From: Alphaproteobacteria bacterium
GTDB lineage: Bacteria; Pseudomonadota; Alphaproteobacteria; JAAXGF01
DNA: 64,000 bases
Direction of reading: 5' to 3'
NCBI GenBank assembly: GCA_963555825.3
Contig: CAUVXB020000002.1
Location: 2,112,001 to 2,176,000 of the forward strand
Shown here: positions 1-11,835 of the stretch, in pieces
Layout of the letters: the number at the start of each line of letters is the position of its first letter
Position numbering within the stretch: position 1 is the first letter of the stretch
Translations under genes and position numbers: made by a program
Notes under the pieces: model-generated
What the model was told of the DNA's origin: nothing
Database searches by the model: none
Seen by the model: the letters and a program-made list of their open reading frames with translations, nothing else

Positions 1-141
1 CACGGCCTGATGGCCCGCTGGCGCAAGGACTTCGCCGCCGACAAGAACACGCGGAGTCAGCGGTTCTACCGCATCGCCAATGAGGCGCCGGCGGTACTGA
101 TGGTCGCGATCGTCATCCTGGTTGTTGTAAAACCGTTCTGA
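1..141 (+). CDS. hemJ: Protoporphyrinogen oxidase HemJ, C-terminal part (runs off the window edge)
   Basis: Frame 1 reads HGLMARWRKDFAADKNTRSQRFYRIANEAPAVLMVAIVILVVVKPF*, a typical HemJ C-terminus. hemJ-rho order is common in Alphaproteobacteria. Confidence 0.85.
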   Translation, partial: HGLMARWRKDFAADKNTRSQRFYRIANEAPAVLMVAIVILVVVKPF

Positions 142-371
142 AGCCCCATTTATGTTTCGCAGACCCGGTGAATATTCCCGTTTGACTCCGCCGTGCGGTT
201 GCCGCTAGTCTCGCGCAACATTTCTTGAAAACGGCGCAACCGTCTCTGCGTTGCGCACAATCCGAACAAAGTTCACATACGCCGCGAAGCTTCGCGGCGC
301 CCCGCCCTGGCGAAGAAATCTTCGCAGCGCCGATCGAATCCTCATCCCGCCACATTTGCGACGAAAATCTC

Positions 372-1628
372 ATGAACCTTCAAGAGCTCAAGCTCAAATC
401 CCCCGAGGACCTCCTGGCCTTTGCCGAGGGTCTCGACGTCGAGAACGCCAGCTCGCTGCGCAAGCAGGACCTGATGTTCACGATCCTGAAACGCCTGGCC
501 GACAATGACACGGCGATCTTCGGTGACGGCGTACTCGAGATCCTGCAAGACGGCTTCGGCTTCCTACGCGCCCCCGAGGCCAACTACCTGGCGGGGCCCG
601 ACGACATCTACGTCTCGCCGAGCCAGATCCGGCGCTTTTCGCTGCGCACCGGCGATACCGTCGAGGGCGAGATCCGGTCGCCGCGGGACGGCGAGCGCTA
701 CTTCGCGTTGCTCAAGGTCAATACGGTCAATTTCGAGGACCCGGAAGCCGCGCGGCACCGCGTCAACTTCGATAACCTGACGCCGCTCTACCCCGAGGAG
801 AAGCTCAACCTCGAAGTCATAGACCCGTCGTACAAGGACCTCTCGACCCGGGTCATCGAGTTGATCGCGCCGCTCGGCAAGGGCCAGCGCGCGCTGCTGG
901 TGTCGCCGCCGCGCGCCGGCAAGACCATGCTGATGCAGGCCATCGCGCACGCCGTCGCGGCCAACCACCCCAACGTCTTTTTGATCGTGCTCTTGATCGA
1001 CGAGCGGCCCGAGGAAGTCACCGACATGCAGCGCTCGGTCAAGGGCGAGGTGGTCTCCTCGACCTTCGACGAGCCGGCGACGCGCCACGTCCAGGTCGCC
1101 GACATGGTGATCCAGAAGGCCAAGCGTCTGGTCGAGCACAAACGCGACGTGCTGATCCTGCTCGATTCGATCACCCGGCTCGCGCGCGCCTACAACACCG
1201 TCGTGCCGTCGTCGGGCAAGGTGCTGACCGGCGGCGTCGACGCCAACGCGCTGCAAAAGCCGAAGCGCTTCTTCGGCGCGGCGCGCAACATCGAGAACGG
1301 CGGCTCGCTGACGATCATCTCGACGGCGCTGATCGACACCGGTTCGCGCATGGACGAAGTCATCTTCGAGGAGTTCAAGGGCACCGGCAACTCCGAGATC
1401 ATCATGGACCGCAAGCTCGCCGACAAGCGCACCTTCCCGGCGCTCGACATCGTCAAGTCGGGCACGCGCAAGGAGGAGCTCTTGGTCGACAAGGGCACGC
1501 TCGCCAAGATGTGGGTGCTGCGCCGCATCCTCATGCCGATGGGTCCGGCCGACGCCATGGAGTTCCTGCTCGAAAAGCTCAAGGCGACCAAGAGCAACGA
1601 AGAGTTCTTCGAATCGATGAATACCTGA
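372..1628 (+). CDS. rho: Transcription termination factor Rho
   Basis: Likely start MNLQELK at ATG 372; DGFGFLR RNA-binding motif; GKGQR..PPRAGKT P-loop; [13 protein letters not shown]. Confidence 0.98.
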   Translation: MNLQELKLKSPEDLLAFAEGLDVENASSLRKQDLMFTILKRLADNDTAIFGDGVLEILQDGFGFLRAPEANYLAGPDDIYVSPSQIRRFSLRTGDTVEGEIRSPRDGERYFALLKVNTVNFEDPEAARHRVNFDNLTPLYPEEKLNLEVIDPSYKDLSTRVIELIAPLGKGQRALLVSPPRAGKTMLMQAIAHAVAANHPNVFLIVLLIDERPEEVTDMQRSVKGEVVSSTFDEPATRHVQVADMVIQKAKRLVEHKRDVLILLDSITRLARAYNTVVPSSGKVLTGGVDANALQKPKRFFGAARNIENGGSLTIISTALIDTGSRMDEVIFEEFKGTGNSEIIMDRKLADKRTFPALDIVKSGTRKEELLVDKGTLAKMWVLRRILMPMGPADAMEFLLEKLKATKSNEEFFESMNT

Positions 1629-1633
1629 TTCAA

Positions 1634-1752
1634 TGTGCGGTCCCCTTTACGCGTCGCGTAAAAAGGACCTGCGCTCAATGGCCGCGCATGTCACTCTTTA
1701 TCCCACAAGGCCGTTCTTTATCCCACAAGAATTGGCCGAACGGTCGGCGGCC
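1634..1752 (-). repeat. Dispersed intergenic structured repeat, copy 1; its hairpin 1639-1669 may act as the rho terminator
   Basis: Reverse complement GGCCGCCGACCGTTCGGCCAA...GTGGGATAAAGA...CATGCGCGGCCATTGAGCGCAGGTC...GACCGCACA matches the copies at ~14.3 kb and ~54.0 kb. Confidence 0.8.
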
Positions 1753-1777
1753 TGCGGTCGCAGGTTGAAATTTAATA

Positions 1778-1892
1778 TAAGCAGTATATGTTTTCAAGAC
1801 CGATGCCGCTGACTACCTTAAACGTAAGCAGTATACATTAATGATCGGTGCCGCAGACCCGCGGACAATGAAAAATATATACTGCTTACGTT
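1778..1892. promoter_or_regulatory. AT-rich segment with three TAAGCAGTATA boxes (two direct, one inverted)
   Basis: Boxes at 1778-1788, 1821-1835 (AACGTAAGCAGTATA) and 1878-1892 (its exact reverse complement). Function unknown. Confidence 0.5.
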
Positions 1893-1915
1893 AATTGTTC
1901 GGCTGCGTCGCGAGC

Positions 1916-2887
1916 TTAGGGCAGCAGGACGGTGGCGCCCTTGGTCTTGCGGCCTTCGAGGTCGCAGTGGGCTTGGGCGGTCTCGGCCAGCGGGTAGCGC
2001 TGGCCGATGTGGACCTTGACCGTACCGGCGCGGATCATCTCGAAGACACACGCCGAGCCGGCCAGCAGCGCATCGCGCGTCACGGTGTAGTCGCCAAGCG
2101 TCGGCCGTGTCAGGTAGAGCGAGCCGTGCTGCGCGAGCAGGCCCGGCCTGAACGGTTCGACCTCGCCAGACGACTGGCCGAAGCTGACCAGCATGCCGCG
2201 CCGGCGCAAGGACGCCAGGCTGGCCCGAAAACTATCGCGGCCGACCGAATCGAAGACCACCGGAACGCCTTCGCCGCCGGTCTCGGCGCGCACCCGCGCG
2301 GCGACGTCGTCGCGCGGCACGACCAGGGCGATGTCGCAGCCGTGGGCGCGCGCCAGTGCCGCTTTCGCGTCGCTGCTTACCGTGCCGATGACACGGGCGC
2401 CGAGCGCCTTGGCCCATTGGCAGGCGATCAGCCCGACGCCGCCGGCCGCGGCATGGAACAAGATGGTGTCGCCGGCGGCGACCGGATAGCAGGCCTCGAG
2501 CAGCGCCTGGACGGTCAGCGCCTTGCTCAGCACCGCGGCGGCGGTTTGTGCCTCGATGTCGTCGGGCAGGGGCACCAGGCGGTCGGCCGCTACGACGACC
2601 GCCTCGGCATAGGCGCCGGGCGCCTCGGGACAGGCGACCCGGTCGCCGGTCGCGACCTGGTCGACGCCGTCGCCGACCGCCTCGACGGTGCCGGCCGATT
2701 CATAGCCCAGCGTCGCCGGCAGATCGATCGGATAGAGCCCGGTGCGCTGATAGGTGTCGAAGAAGTTGAGGCCGACCGCCTCGTTGCGCACCAGGACCTC
2801 GCCCGGCCCCGGCGCGGCGAGCGGCATGTCCTCGACCGCGAGCACCTCTGGGCCGCCGTGGGCGTGGACGCGGATGGTCGTAACCAT
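1916..2887 (-). CDS. NADPH:quinone oxidoreductase (zeta-crystallin/MDR family)
   Basis: GLNFFD, HAAAGGVG NADPH motif, TRPTL, GRKTKGATVLLP. Confidence 0.92.
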   Translation of the reverse strand: MVTTIRVHAHGGPEVLAVEDMPLAAPGPGEVLVRNEAVGLNFFDTYQRTGLYPIDLPATLGYESAGTVEAVGDGVDQVATGDRVACPEAPGAYAEAVVVAADRLVPLPDDIEAQTAAAVLSKALTVQALLEACYPVAAGDTILFHAAAGGVGLIACQWAKALGARVIGTVSSDAKAALARAHGCDIALVVPRDDVAARVRAETGGEGVPVVFDSVGRDSFRASLASLRRRGMLVSFGQSSGEVEPFRPGLLAQHGSLYLTRPTLGDYTVTRDALLAGSACVFEMIRAGTVKVHIGQRYPLAETAQAHCDLEGRKTKGATVLLP

Positions 2888-2901
2888 GACCGGGCGCTCG
2901 C

Positions 2902-3879
2902 TTAGGGCAGCAGGACCGTCGAGCCGGTCGTCTTGCGCGCCTCGAGGTCGCGGTGCGCCTGGGCCGCCTCGGCGAGCGGGTAGGTCTGGTTGATCTCGAT
3001 CTTGACCGCGCCCGAGCCGACGACGTCAAACAACGCCCGGGCGCTGGCCACCAATTCGTCGCGCGTGGCGTTGTAAACCATCAACGACGGCCGCGTGACG
3101 TAGAGGCAACCCTTGGCCGCCAGCACCTGCAAATCGAGCGGCGGCACCGGCCCCGACGCGGCGCCGAACAACGCCATCAGCCCGCGCGGCGCCAGACACT
3201 CGAGCGAGCGGTCGAAGGTGTCCGCACCGATCGAATCGTAGACCACGGGCACGCCGGCGCCGCCGGTGATCTCCTTGACGCGGGCGACGAAGTCCTCGTC
3301 GCGCGTGACGATCGGGTGGTCGCAGCCGTGCGCGGCGGCGAGCGCCGCCTTCTCGGGCGTGCCGACGGTGCCGATCACCGTGGCGCCGAGCGCCTTGGCC
3401 CATTGGCAGGCGATCGTCCCGACGCCGCCCGCCGCGGCGTGGAACAGGATGGTGTCGCCGGGCTTGACCGCATAGGTGCGGCGCAGCAGGTACTCGGCGG
3501 TCATGCCCTTGAGCATCATCGCTGCGGCGCTGCGGTCTTCGATGCCGTCGGGCAGCTTGACCACCTTATCGGCCGCGATGACGCGCTCCTCGGCATAGGC
3601 GCCGAGCGGCGGCGTCGCATAGGCGACCCGGTCGCCCTCGGCGATATCGTCGACGTCCGGGCCGATCGCCTCGACGACGCCCGCGGCCTCGAGCCCAAGT
3701 GTGACCGGCAGGTCGGGCAGGGGGTAGAGGCCGGAACGATGGTAGACGTCGATGAAGTTGAGACCGACGGCGGCGTGGCGGACGCGGATCTCGCAATCGC
3801 CCGGCGCGCCGAGTGCGACGTCCTCCCAGACCATCTCGTCCGCGCCGCCCTGGCGGTGGATGCGAATCGCCTTGACCAT
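2902..3879 (-). CDS. qor: NADPH:quinone oxidoreductase, second tandem paralogue
   Basis: Start MVKAIRIH at 3879; GLNFIDVYHRSGLY, HAAAGGVG, RKTTGSTVLLP. Confidence 0.92.
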   Translation of the reverse strand: MVKAIRIHRQGGADEMVWEDVALGAPGDCEIRVRHAAVGLNFIDVYHRSGLYPLPDLPVTLGLEAAGVVEAIGPDVDDIAEGDRVAYATPPLGAYAEERVIAADKVVKLPDGIEDRSAAAMMLKGMTAEYLLRRTYAVKPGDTILFHAAAGGVGTIACQWAKALGATVIGTVGTPEKAALAAAHGCDHPIVTRDEDFVARVKEITGGAGVPVVYDSIGADTFDRSLECLAPRGLMALFGAASGPVPPLDLQVLAAKGCLYVTRPSLMVYNATRDELVASARALFDVVGSGAVKIEINQTYPLAEAAQAHRDLEARKTTGSTVLLP

Positions 3880-3893
3880 GATCGTGTGTCTCC

Positions 3894-4595
3894 TCAGCCG
3901 ATATGCTCTTCGAAGAAATCCGAGGTGCGCTGGTTGGCCATATCGGCCGCCGCCTCGTCGTAGTGCTCGCCGCCGATGCGCGCGAAGGCGTGGTCGCAAC
4001 CCGGGTAGCTGTGCAGCGTGACCAGCGCGTTGCCGCCCAGCGCGTCCGCGATCGCGGCCTGCGCCTCCTTGGGCACGAAGCCGTCCTCTTCGGCGATGTG
4101 CAGCATCAGCGGCTTCGCGATGTAGTCGGCCTCGTCGGTCTCACCCTCGATGCCGACGCCGTAGTAGCCGACCGAGGCGTCGACGCCGGAGCGCGCCGCC
4201 ATCAAATAGGCGAGCTTGCCGCCCAGGCAGTAGCCGACGCAGCCGACTTGACCCGAGCAGCCCTCGGCGGTGCGCAGATGGTCGAGCGCGACCTTGGCGT
4301 CCTCGATGCCCTGGTCGACGTCGAAGCCCTGGAACAGCTCGAAGGCGCGCGCCCATTCCTCCTCGGTCCGGTCGGTGATCTGGATGCCTGGTTCCTGGCG
4401 CCAGAAGAGGTCGGGCACGATGGCGAAATAACCCTTGAGCGCCAGGATGTCGGCGATGTCGCGCATGACGTGGTTGACGCCGAAGATCTCCTGCAGGACG
4501 ACGATGCCGGGGCCGCTCCCTGAGTCGGGCTTGGAGAGATAGGCCGTGAAGCTGCCGCCGTCGGCGGCGGTCAGGCCGATGTCGGTTCCGCTCAT
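3894..4595 (-). CDS. Dienelactone hydrolase family protein
   Basis: QEIFGVN, G-Y-C-L-G-G nucleophile motif, HAF. Confidence 0.92.
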   Translation of the reverse strand: MSGTDIGLTAADGGSFTAYLSKPDSGSGPGIVVLQEIFGVNHVMRDIADILALKGYFAIVPDLFWRQEPGIQITDRTEEEWARAFELFQGFDVDQGIEDAKVALDHLRTAEGCSGQVGCVGYCLGGKLAYLMAARSGVDASVGYYGVGIEGETDEADYIAKPLMLHIAEEDGFVPKEAQAAIADALGGNALVTLHSYPGCDHAFARIGGEHYDEAAADMANQRTSDFFEEHIG

Positions 4596-4661
4596 GATGT
4601 CGTCCTCCCTTGGGTCGTTTCGGGCACTCTAGCCCGTTGCCAGGGCCGAGTCACGACGGCC

Positions 4662-6686
<2,025 letters not shown>

Positions 6687-7108
6687 GGCGCGGCGATCCG
6701 GTGTTTGGCGTTGCGGTCGGGCGTTGCGGTCGGGCGTTGTCGTCGGACCGCGCTTGACCGAGCCCGGAATTCTCGCCATGGACAGGTGCGGCACGGCGGA
6801 TATCGGATGACAGGCTAGGAAAAGCGCGCGGGCCACGATGCTGTCGCATCGGGCAAGCGCTTTGACGCCGCCTGTCGTCCGATATCCGCCGCCCTCCGGG
6901 TCGCGCCGGGCGGGCCGCCCGCGGCGTCGAAGGCCTTGCGCGTAGCCCAGGCTACGCTCGGCGGCCTTCTCCTGGCGGATCGGACCCCGCCCGGCACGAT
7001 GACGCGCCTGTCCATGGCGAGAAATCCGGGCTAGGTTCGTCAAGTAATGTATGCGGCCCAGCCCGGCAAGGGTGTCGGCGTCAGGCGGCGGCGAGGGAAG
7101 GGATCGAA

Positions 7109-7345
7109 ATGAAAGTCAATATCAAGATCGACTGCTCACCCGAGGAGGCGCGCAGCTTTTTCGGGCTGCCCGACGTCGGCCCGTTGCAGGCGCGGTTCGT
7201 CGAGGAGATGCACGCGCGCATGGGCGAGGCGATGGCGGGCATGGACCCGGAGGCGCTGGTCAAGAACTGGATGGAACAGGGCATGACGGGCTTCGAGCAA
7301 TGGCAGAAGGCATGGCTCGACGCCGGCGGCAAGGGCAAGACATGA
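7109..7345 (+). CDS. Small conserved alphaproteobacterial protein (DUF6489-like)
   Basis: [23 protein letters not shown] pattern; host-like codon use; stop overlaps the next ATG (ATGA). Confidence 0.75.
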   Translation: MKVNIKIDCSPEEARSFFGLPDVGPLQARFVEEMHARMGEAMAGMDPEALVKNWMEQGMTGFEQWQKAWLDAGGKGKT

Positions 7346-7698
7346 GCGGTCATCCGGCCGACCCGGCGCCGTTCTACTCGACCCATGTCTTCTGCTGCAT
7401 CAACGAGCGGCCCGACATCCATCCGCGCGGCTGCTGCAGCGCCAAGGGTTCGGTCAAGCTGCGCGACTACATGAAGCGCCGGGCGCGCGACCTCGGCATC
7501 GAGGGCGTCCGCATCAACAACTCGGGCTGCCTCGATCGCTGCGAGCTCGGCCCGTCGATGGTGATCTACCCGGAGGGCGTCTGGTATTGCTACGCCAACC
7601 AGGACGATGTCGACGAGATCCTGCAGACCCACCTGATCGACGGCGGCCGCGTCGAGCGCCTGATGATGCAGCCCGACGATACCGAGCCGCGCCGCTGA
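7342..7698 (+). CDS. Thioredoxin-like [2Fe-2S] ferredoxin
   Basis: HVFCCINER..RGCC; SGCLDRCELGPSMVIYPEGVWY. Confidence 0.9.
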   Translation: MSGHPADPAPFYSTHVFCCINERPDIHPRGCCSAKGSVKLRDYMKRRARDLGIEGVRINNSGCLDRCELGPSMVIYPEGVWYCYANQDDVDEILQTHLIDGGRVERLMMQPDDTEPRR

Positions 7699-7708
7699 CG
7701 CAGAGCCG

Positions 7709-9031
7709 ATGACGATCTTCGCCACGGCGACGGCGGCCGGCCGCGCCGGTCTCGCCGTGGTCCGGGTGTCCGGGCCCGGGGCGGCGGACGCGCTCGCCGC
7801 GCTGGCCGGCGAGACGCCGCCGCCGCGCCGCGCCGTGCGCCGCCGGCTCCGCCATCCGGTGAGCGGCGACGCACTCGACGACGCGTTGGTGCTGTGGTTC
7901 CGAGGCCCGGCGAGCTTCACCGGCGAGGACGTCGCCGAATTTCACCTGCATGGCGGCCGGGCGGTGGCCGCCGCGGTGCTCGATGCGCTCGCCACACTGC
8001 CCGGCTTGCGCCCGGCCGAGGCCGGTGAGTTCACCCGACGCGCCTTCGACAACGGCAAGCTGGATCTGACGGCCGTCGAGGGCCTCGCCGACCTGGTCGC
8101 CGCCGAGACCGAGGCGCAGCGGCGCCAGGCGCTGCGTCAGCTCGACGGCGAACTGGGCCGGCTCTACGACGGCTGGCGCGCCCGGCTGCTCGGCGCGCTG
8201 GCCCATGTCGAGGCCGCTATCGACTTCCCCGACGAAGACTTGCCGCCATCGATCGCCGACGAAGTAAAACACAATATGTTGTGTATTTTGGACAGTCTAA
8301 CACAACACCTAGATGACACACGTCGAGGCGAACGCCTCCGCGACGGCGTCTTCGTCGCCATCCTCGGCGCTCCCAACGTCGGCAAGTCGAGCCTCCTGAA
8401 CCGTCTCGCGCGGCGCGACGCGGCGATCGTCGCGCACGAGAGCGGCACGACGCGCGACGTCATCGAGGTCCAGATGGACCTCGGCGGTTATCCGGCGACG
8501 CTGGCCGACACGGCCGGCCTGCGCGACACCGCCGACGCGGTCGAGAGCGAGGGCGTGCGCCGGGCGCTGGCGCGCGCGGCCGACGCCGACCTCAAGCTCG
8601 CCGTGATCGACGCCGCCGCCTGGCCCGCCATCGACGCGCGCACCCGCGCGCTGATCGACGACGACACGTTGGTCGTCGTCAACAAGACCGACCTCGTCGC
8701 CGTGGGCGCCGACGCGACGCTCGACGGCCGGCCGCCGTGGCCGATCTCGTGCCTCACCGGCGACGGCGTCGAGGCGCTGATGGCCGGCCTCGCGGCGGCG
8801 ATCGAGGCGCGCTATGCGCCCGGCGCGGCGCCCGCGCTGACCCGGGTGCGCCACCGCGCCGCGCTCGAGGACTGCGCCGCCGCGCTGGCGCGCTGCCGCG
8901 CCGCGCCGGCGCCCGAGCTCGCCGCCGAGGACCTGCGCCTCGCGGTGCGCGCGCTCGGCCGCATCACCGGCCGCGTCGACGTCGAAGACCTCCTCGACGT
9001 GATCTTCGCCGAGTTCTGCATCGGCAAGTGA
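7709..9031 (+). CDS. mnmE: tRNA modification GTPase MnmE (TrmE)
   Basis: SFTGED, GEFTRRAF, GAPNVGKSS, GTTRD, DTAG, NKTD and C-terminal FCIGK. Confidence 0.97.
   Translation: MTIFATATAAGRAGLAVVRVSGPGAADALAALAGETPPPRRAVRRRLRHPVSGDALDDALVLWFRGPASFTGEDVAEFHLHGGRAVAAAVLDALATLPGLRPAEAGEFTRRAFDNGKLDLTAVEGLADLVAAETEAQRRQALRQLDGELGRLYDGWRARLLGALAHVEAAIDFPDEDLPPSIADEVKHNMLCILDSLTQHLDDTRRGERLRDGVFVAILGAPNVGKSSLLNRLARRDAAIVAHESGTTRDVIEVQMDLGGYPATLADTAGLRDTADAVESEGVRRALARAADADLKLAVIDAAAWPAIDARTRALIDDDTLVVVNKTDLVAVGADATLDGRPPWPISCLTGDGVEALMAGLAAAIEARYAPGAAPALTRVRHRAALEDCAAALARCRAAPAPELAAEDLRLAVRALGRITGRVDVEDLLDVIFAEFCIGK
8269..8315. promoter_or_regulatory. Putative tandem NrdR boxes inside mnmE
   Basis: ACACAATATGTTGTGT (8269-8284) and ACACAACACCTAGATG (8300-8315), starts 31 bp apart, in an AT-rich patch of a very GC-rich gene. 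Confidence 0.5.
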
Positions 9032-9047
9032 CGTTTCACGTGAATCT
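9032..9047. other. parS-like site (degenerate, part of attL)
   Basis: CGTTTCACGTGAATCT versus consensus TGTTTCACGTGAAACA. Confidence 0.6.
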
Positions 9048-9132
9048 TGGCCTCTGGCGGCGGCGCTGAAAGATACCGGCGGGAATGTGTGAACGGGAGA
9101 GTCAGCCGGTCTGTGCGGCCGGGAAGGACACT

Positions 9133-9735
9133 TCAGGCCGGTATGGCGCGCATTGCCTCGGCATGACGGCGTTGCTTGGTCAGTTCGCGGTCGATCCAGT
9201 TGAAAAGGCGCGGCAGGAAGATGGTCTCGGTAATCACGTCGGAGATGAGGTCGTGCGGGTTGTAGGATTTCTCGGCACCCGCCTGCATGAGCGACACCGC
9301 CTCCTTGCGGACGTAGTAGGCCGTCTTCTCCTGCCTGTCGGCGCGATAGACGATGACGGCGCGGCCGTTGCTGTTGGTGTAGACTTCGCTGTCGGAAACC
9401 CGGACTTCCACGAGGGAGTCCAAGGCGTGGGCATCGATGAAGAGTGCCTGGATCGCCTGCCCGAAGCTGTCAGCGCTTGCGAAGGAAGCGCCAGTGCCGC
9501 CGACCGGGCGAAGCCCTTTGAGGAATTTGGCGGTCAGGCCGGCGTAGCCCGGCCGAGCCGCGACGATCGACAGGATGCCGGAGACGATCTCGTCCGGCGA
9601 GAGGTCATCGGCATTCTTGCCCCGGCTCTTCGGCAGAAGGCCGAAATCCCGGAGCTTCTGAAACCGTTGTACCATCTCGGCCTCGCTGCGCTTCGCGGCG
9701 CCGCCAACTAGTCCCTCTAAACGCTTTGCAATCAT
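9133..9735 (-). CDS. Hypothetical protein, the only cargo of the mnmE islet
   Basis: ~200-aa ORF (MIAKRLEG...) with lower GC than its flanks and an AT-rich upstream region. Start uncertain; no family recognised. Confidence 0.65.
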   Translation of the reverse strand: MIAKRLEGLVGGAAKRSEAEMVQRFQKLRDFGLLPKSRGKNADDLSPDEIVSGILSIVAARPGYAGLTAKFLKGLRPVGGTGASFASADSFGQAIQALFIDAHALDSLVEVRVSDSEVYTNSNGRAVIVYRADRQEKTAYYVRKEAVSLMQAGAEKSYNPHDLISDVITETIFLPRLFNWIDRELTKQRRHAEAMRAIPA

Positions 9736-9903
9736 CGGGTGTTCCACTGATCGATTGGGCTGACAATACCAATATAGTTTTTGAATTGGAAAGTTCAAGT
9801 GGAAAAATGAATTCGTGGTGTGCATCGCCTCGGCGCACTTTTTCAAGGCGGAGTCGAGGACCTCTTGGACGTCATCTTCGCCGAGTTCTGCATCGGCAAG
9901 TAA

Positions 9904-9919
9904 CGTTTCACGTGAAACG
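9904..9919. other. parS centromere site
   Basis: Perfect palindrome CGTTTCACGTGAAACG upstream of mnmG. Confidence 0.88.
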
Positions 9920-9969
9920 CCCTATGGGCGGCTTTGACAGCGGCGGAACCCGTCACTAGATTGCGCGCC

Positions 9970-11835
9970 ATGAAGCGTTACGACGTCATCGTCATCGGCG
10001 GTGGGCACGCCGGCTGCGAGGCCGCGGCGGCCGCGGCGCGCCTCGGCGCGCGCACGGCGCTGGTCACCCACAAGCGGGCGACGATCGGCGAGATGTCGTG
10101 CAACCCGGCAATCGGCGGCCTCGCCAAGGGCACTCTGGTGCGCGAGATCGATGCGCTCGACGGGCTGATGGGCCGGGTCATCGACCAGGCCGGCATCCAG
10201 TACCGCATGCTCAACCTGTCGAAGGGTCCGGCGGTGCGCGGGCCGCGCGCCCAGGCCGACCGCAAACTTTACCGCGAGGCCATGCAGGCGGCGCTTGCCG
10301 AGGTCGCCGGCCTCGACATCCACGCCGCGGCGGTCGAGGACCTGGCCGTGGACCGCGCCGGGCGCGTCGCCGGCGTGATCACCGCCGGCGATACGACCAT
10401 CGCCGGCGCATCCGTCGTGCTGACCACCGGCACCTTCCTCGGCGGGCTGATCCACATCGGCGACGAGACGTTCGCCGCCGGACGCGTCGGCGACGCGCCG
10501 GCGATCGGCTTGGCCCGGACGCTGCGCCGCGCGGGTTTCGCCATGGGCCGGCTCAAGACCGGCACGCCGCCGCGCCTCGCCCGCGACAGCATCGACTGGG
10601 CCAGCCTACAAGTGCAGCCGGGCGACGACCCGCCGGTGCCGTTCTCCTACCTCACCGAGCGCATCACGCTGCGCCAGGTTCCCTGTCACATCACGGCGAC
10701 AACGCCGGCCGGTCACGCGATCATCCGCGCCAACCTGCACCGCGCGCCGATCTATTCGGGCCAGATCGACGGTACCGGGCCGCGCTACTGCCCGTCGATC
10801 GAGGACAAGGTGGTGCGCTTCGCGGCGCGCGACCGCCACCAGATCTTCCTCGAGCCCGAGGGGCTCGACGACGACACGATCTACCCGAACGGCCTCTCGA
10901 CCTCGCTGCCGCGCAGCGTTCAGGCCGAATTGCTGGCGACCATCCCGGGCCTCGAGCACGCCGAGATGACGCGCCCCGGCTATGCCATCGAATACGATTT
11001 CGTCGATCCGCGCGAGCTGCGCCCGACGCTCGAGACGCGCCGCGTGCCGGGCCTCTACCTGGCCGGTCAGATCAACGGCACCACGGGTTACGAGGAAGCC
11101 GCGGGCCAAGGCTTGATCGCCGGGCTCAACGCGGCGCTCGCCGTGGCCGGCACGGCGCCCTTCACGCTCGACCGCGCCGAGGCCTTCATCGGCGTCATGA
11201 TCGACGACCTGGTGACCCGCGGCACGGTCGAGCCTTACCGTATGTTCACCTCGCGCGCCGAGTACCGGCTCAGCTTACGCGCCGACAACGCCGATTTGCG
11301 GCTGACCGGGCGCGGCGTCGCACTCGGCTGCGTGTCGGACCGGCGCCGTGCGGCGGTCGCGCGCAAGGCGGCGGCGCTCGAGGCGGCGCGACGGACCGTC
11401 CGGGCACGGACCATCACGCCGAGCGCGGCGCGCCGCGCCGGCCTCACCGTCAATCTCGACGGCGTCGCGCGCAGCGCCCACGACCTGCTCGCCTATCCGG
11501 GTGTCGACGTCGCGCGACTCACGGCGATTTGGCCCGAGCTCGGCGCCCTGCCCGCCGCGGTCGCCGAGCAGCTCGAAATCGAGGCGCGCTACGCCGCTTA
11601 TCTCGGGCGCCAGGAGGCCGATATCCGCGCTTTTCGCCGCGACGAGACCCTGGCGCTGCCCGAGGCGCTCGATTACCGCGCGGTCGGCAGCCTGTCGAAC
11701 GAGGTCTACGAGAAGCTCGCCGCCGCGCGCCCCGCGACGCTGGGCGCCGCGTCGCGCATCCCGGGCGTCACGCCGGCGGCGCTGACCGCGCTGTTGCGCT
11801 ACGTGCAGCGCGGCGAGAGCCGCCGCTCCGCTTGA
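9970..11835 (+). CDS. mnmG: tRNA uridine-5-carboxymethylaminomethyl synthesis enzyme MnmG (GidA)
   Basis: [54 protein letters not shown]. Confidence 0.98.
   Translation: MKRYDVIVIGGGHAGCEAAAAAARLGARTALVTHKRATIGEMSCNPAIGGLAKGTLVREIDALDGLMGRVIDQAGIQYRMLNLSKGPAVRGPRAQADRKLYREAMQAALAEVAGLDIHAAAVEDLAVDRAGRVAGVITAGDTTIAGASVVLTTGTFLGGLIHIGDETFAAGRVGDAPAIGLARTLRRAGFAMGRLKTGTPPRLARDSIDWASLQVQPGDDPPVPFSYLTERITLRQVPCHITATTPAGHAIIRANLHRAPIYSGQIDGTGPRYCPSIEDKVVRFAARDRHQIFLEPEGLDDDTIYPNGLSTSLPRSVQAELLATIPGLEHAEMTRPGYAIEYDFVDPRELRPTLETRRVPGLYLAGQINGTTGYEEAAGQGLIAGLNAALAVAGTAPFTLDRAEAFIGVMIDDLVTRGTVEPYRMFTSRAEYRLSLRADNADLRLTGRGVALGCVSDRRRAAVARKAAALEAARRTVRARTITPSAARRAGLTVNLDGVARSAHDLLAYPGVDVARLTAIWPELGALPAAVAEQLEIEARYAAYLGRQEADIRAFRRDETLALPEALDYRAVGSLSNEVYEKLAAARPATLGAASRIPGVTPAALTALLRYVQRGESRRSA

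Larger units (their letters stand above)
8981..9916. mobile_element. Integrative islet remnant at the mnmE 3' end, bounded by 64-bp direct repeats (attL 8981-9044, attR 9853-9916)
   Basis: Both repeats encode VEDLLDVIFAEFCIGK* followed by CGTTTCACGTGAA; 5 mismatches, all silent. Confidence 0.8.

Noticed and set aside
1685-1730. Tandem TCTTTATCCCACAAG as DnaA boxes or oriC
   Set aside because: Not TTATCCACA (extra C), and part of a repeat found again at 54 kb. oriC is expected upstream of hemE, outside the window.
6707-6745. 13-bp tandem repeat GGCGTTGCGGTCG, about 3 copies
   Set aside because: Short, GC-rich and without spacers; not a CRISPR array and no evidence of function.
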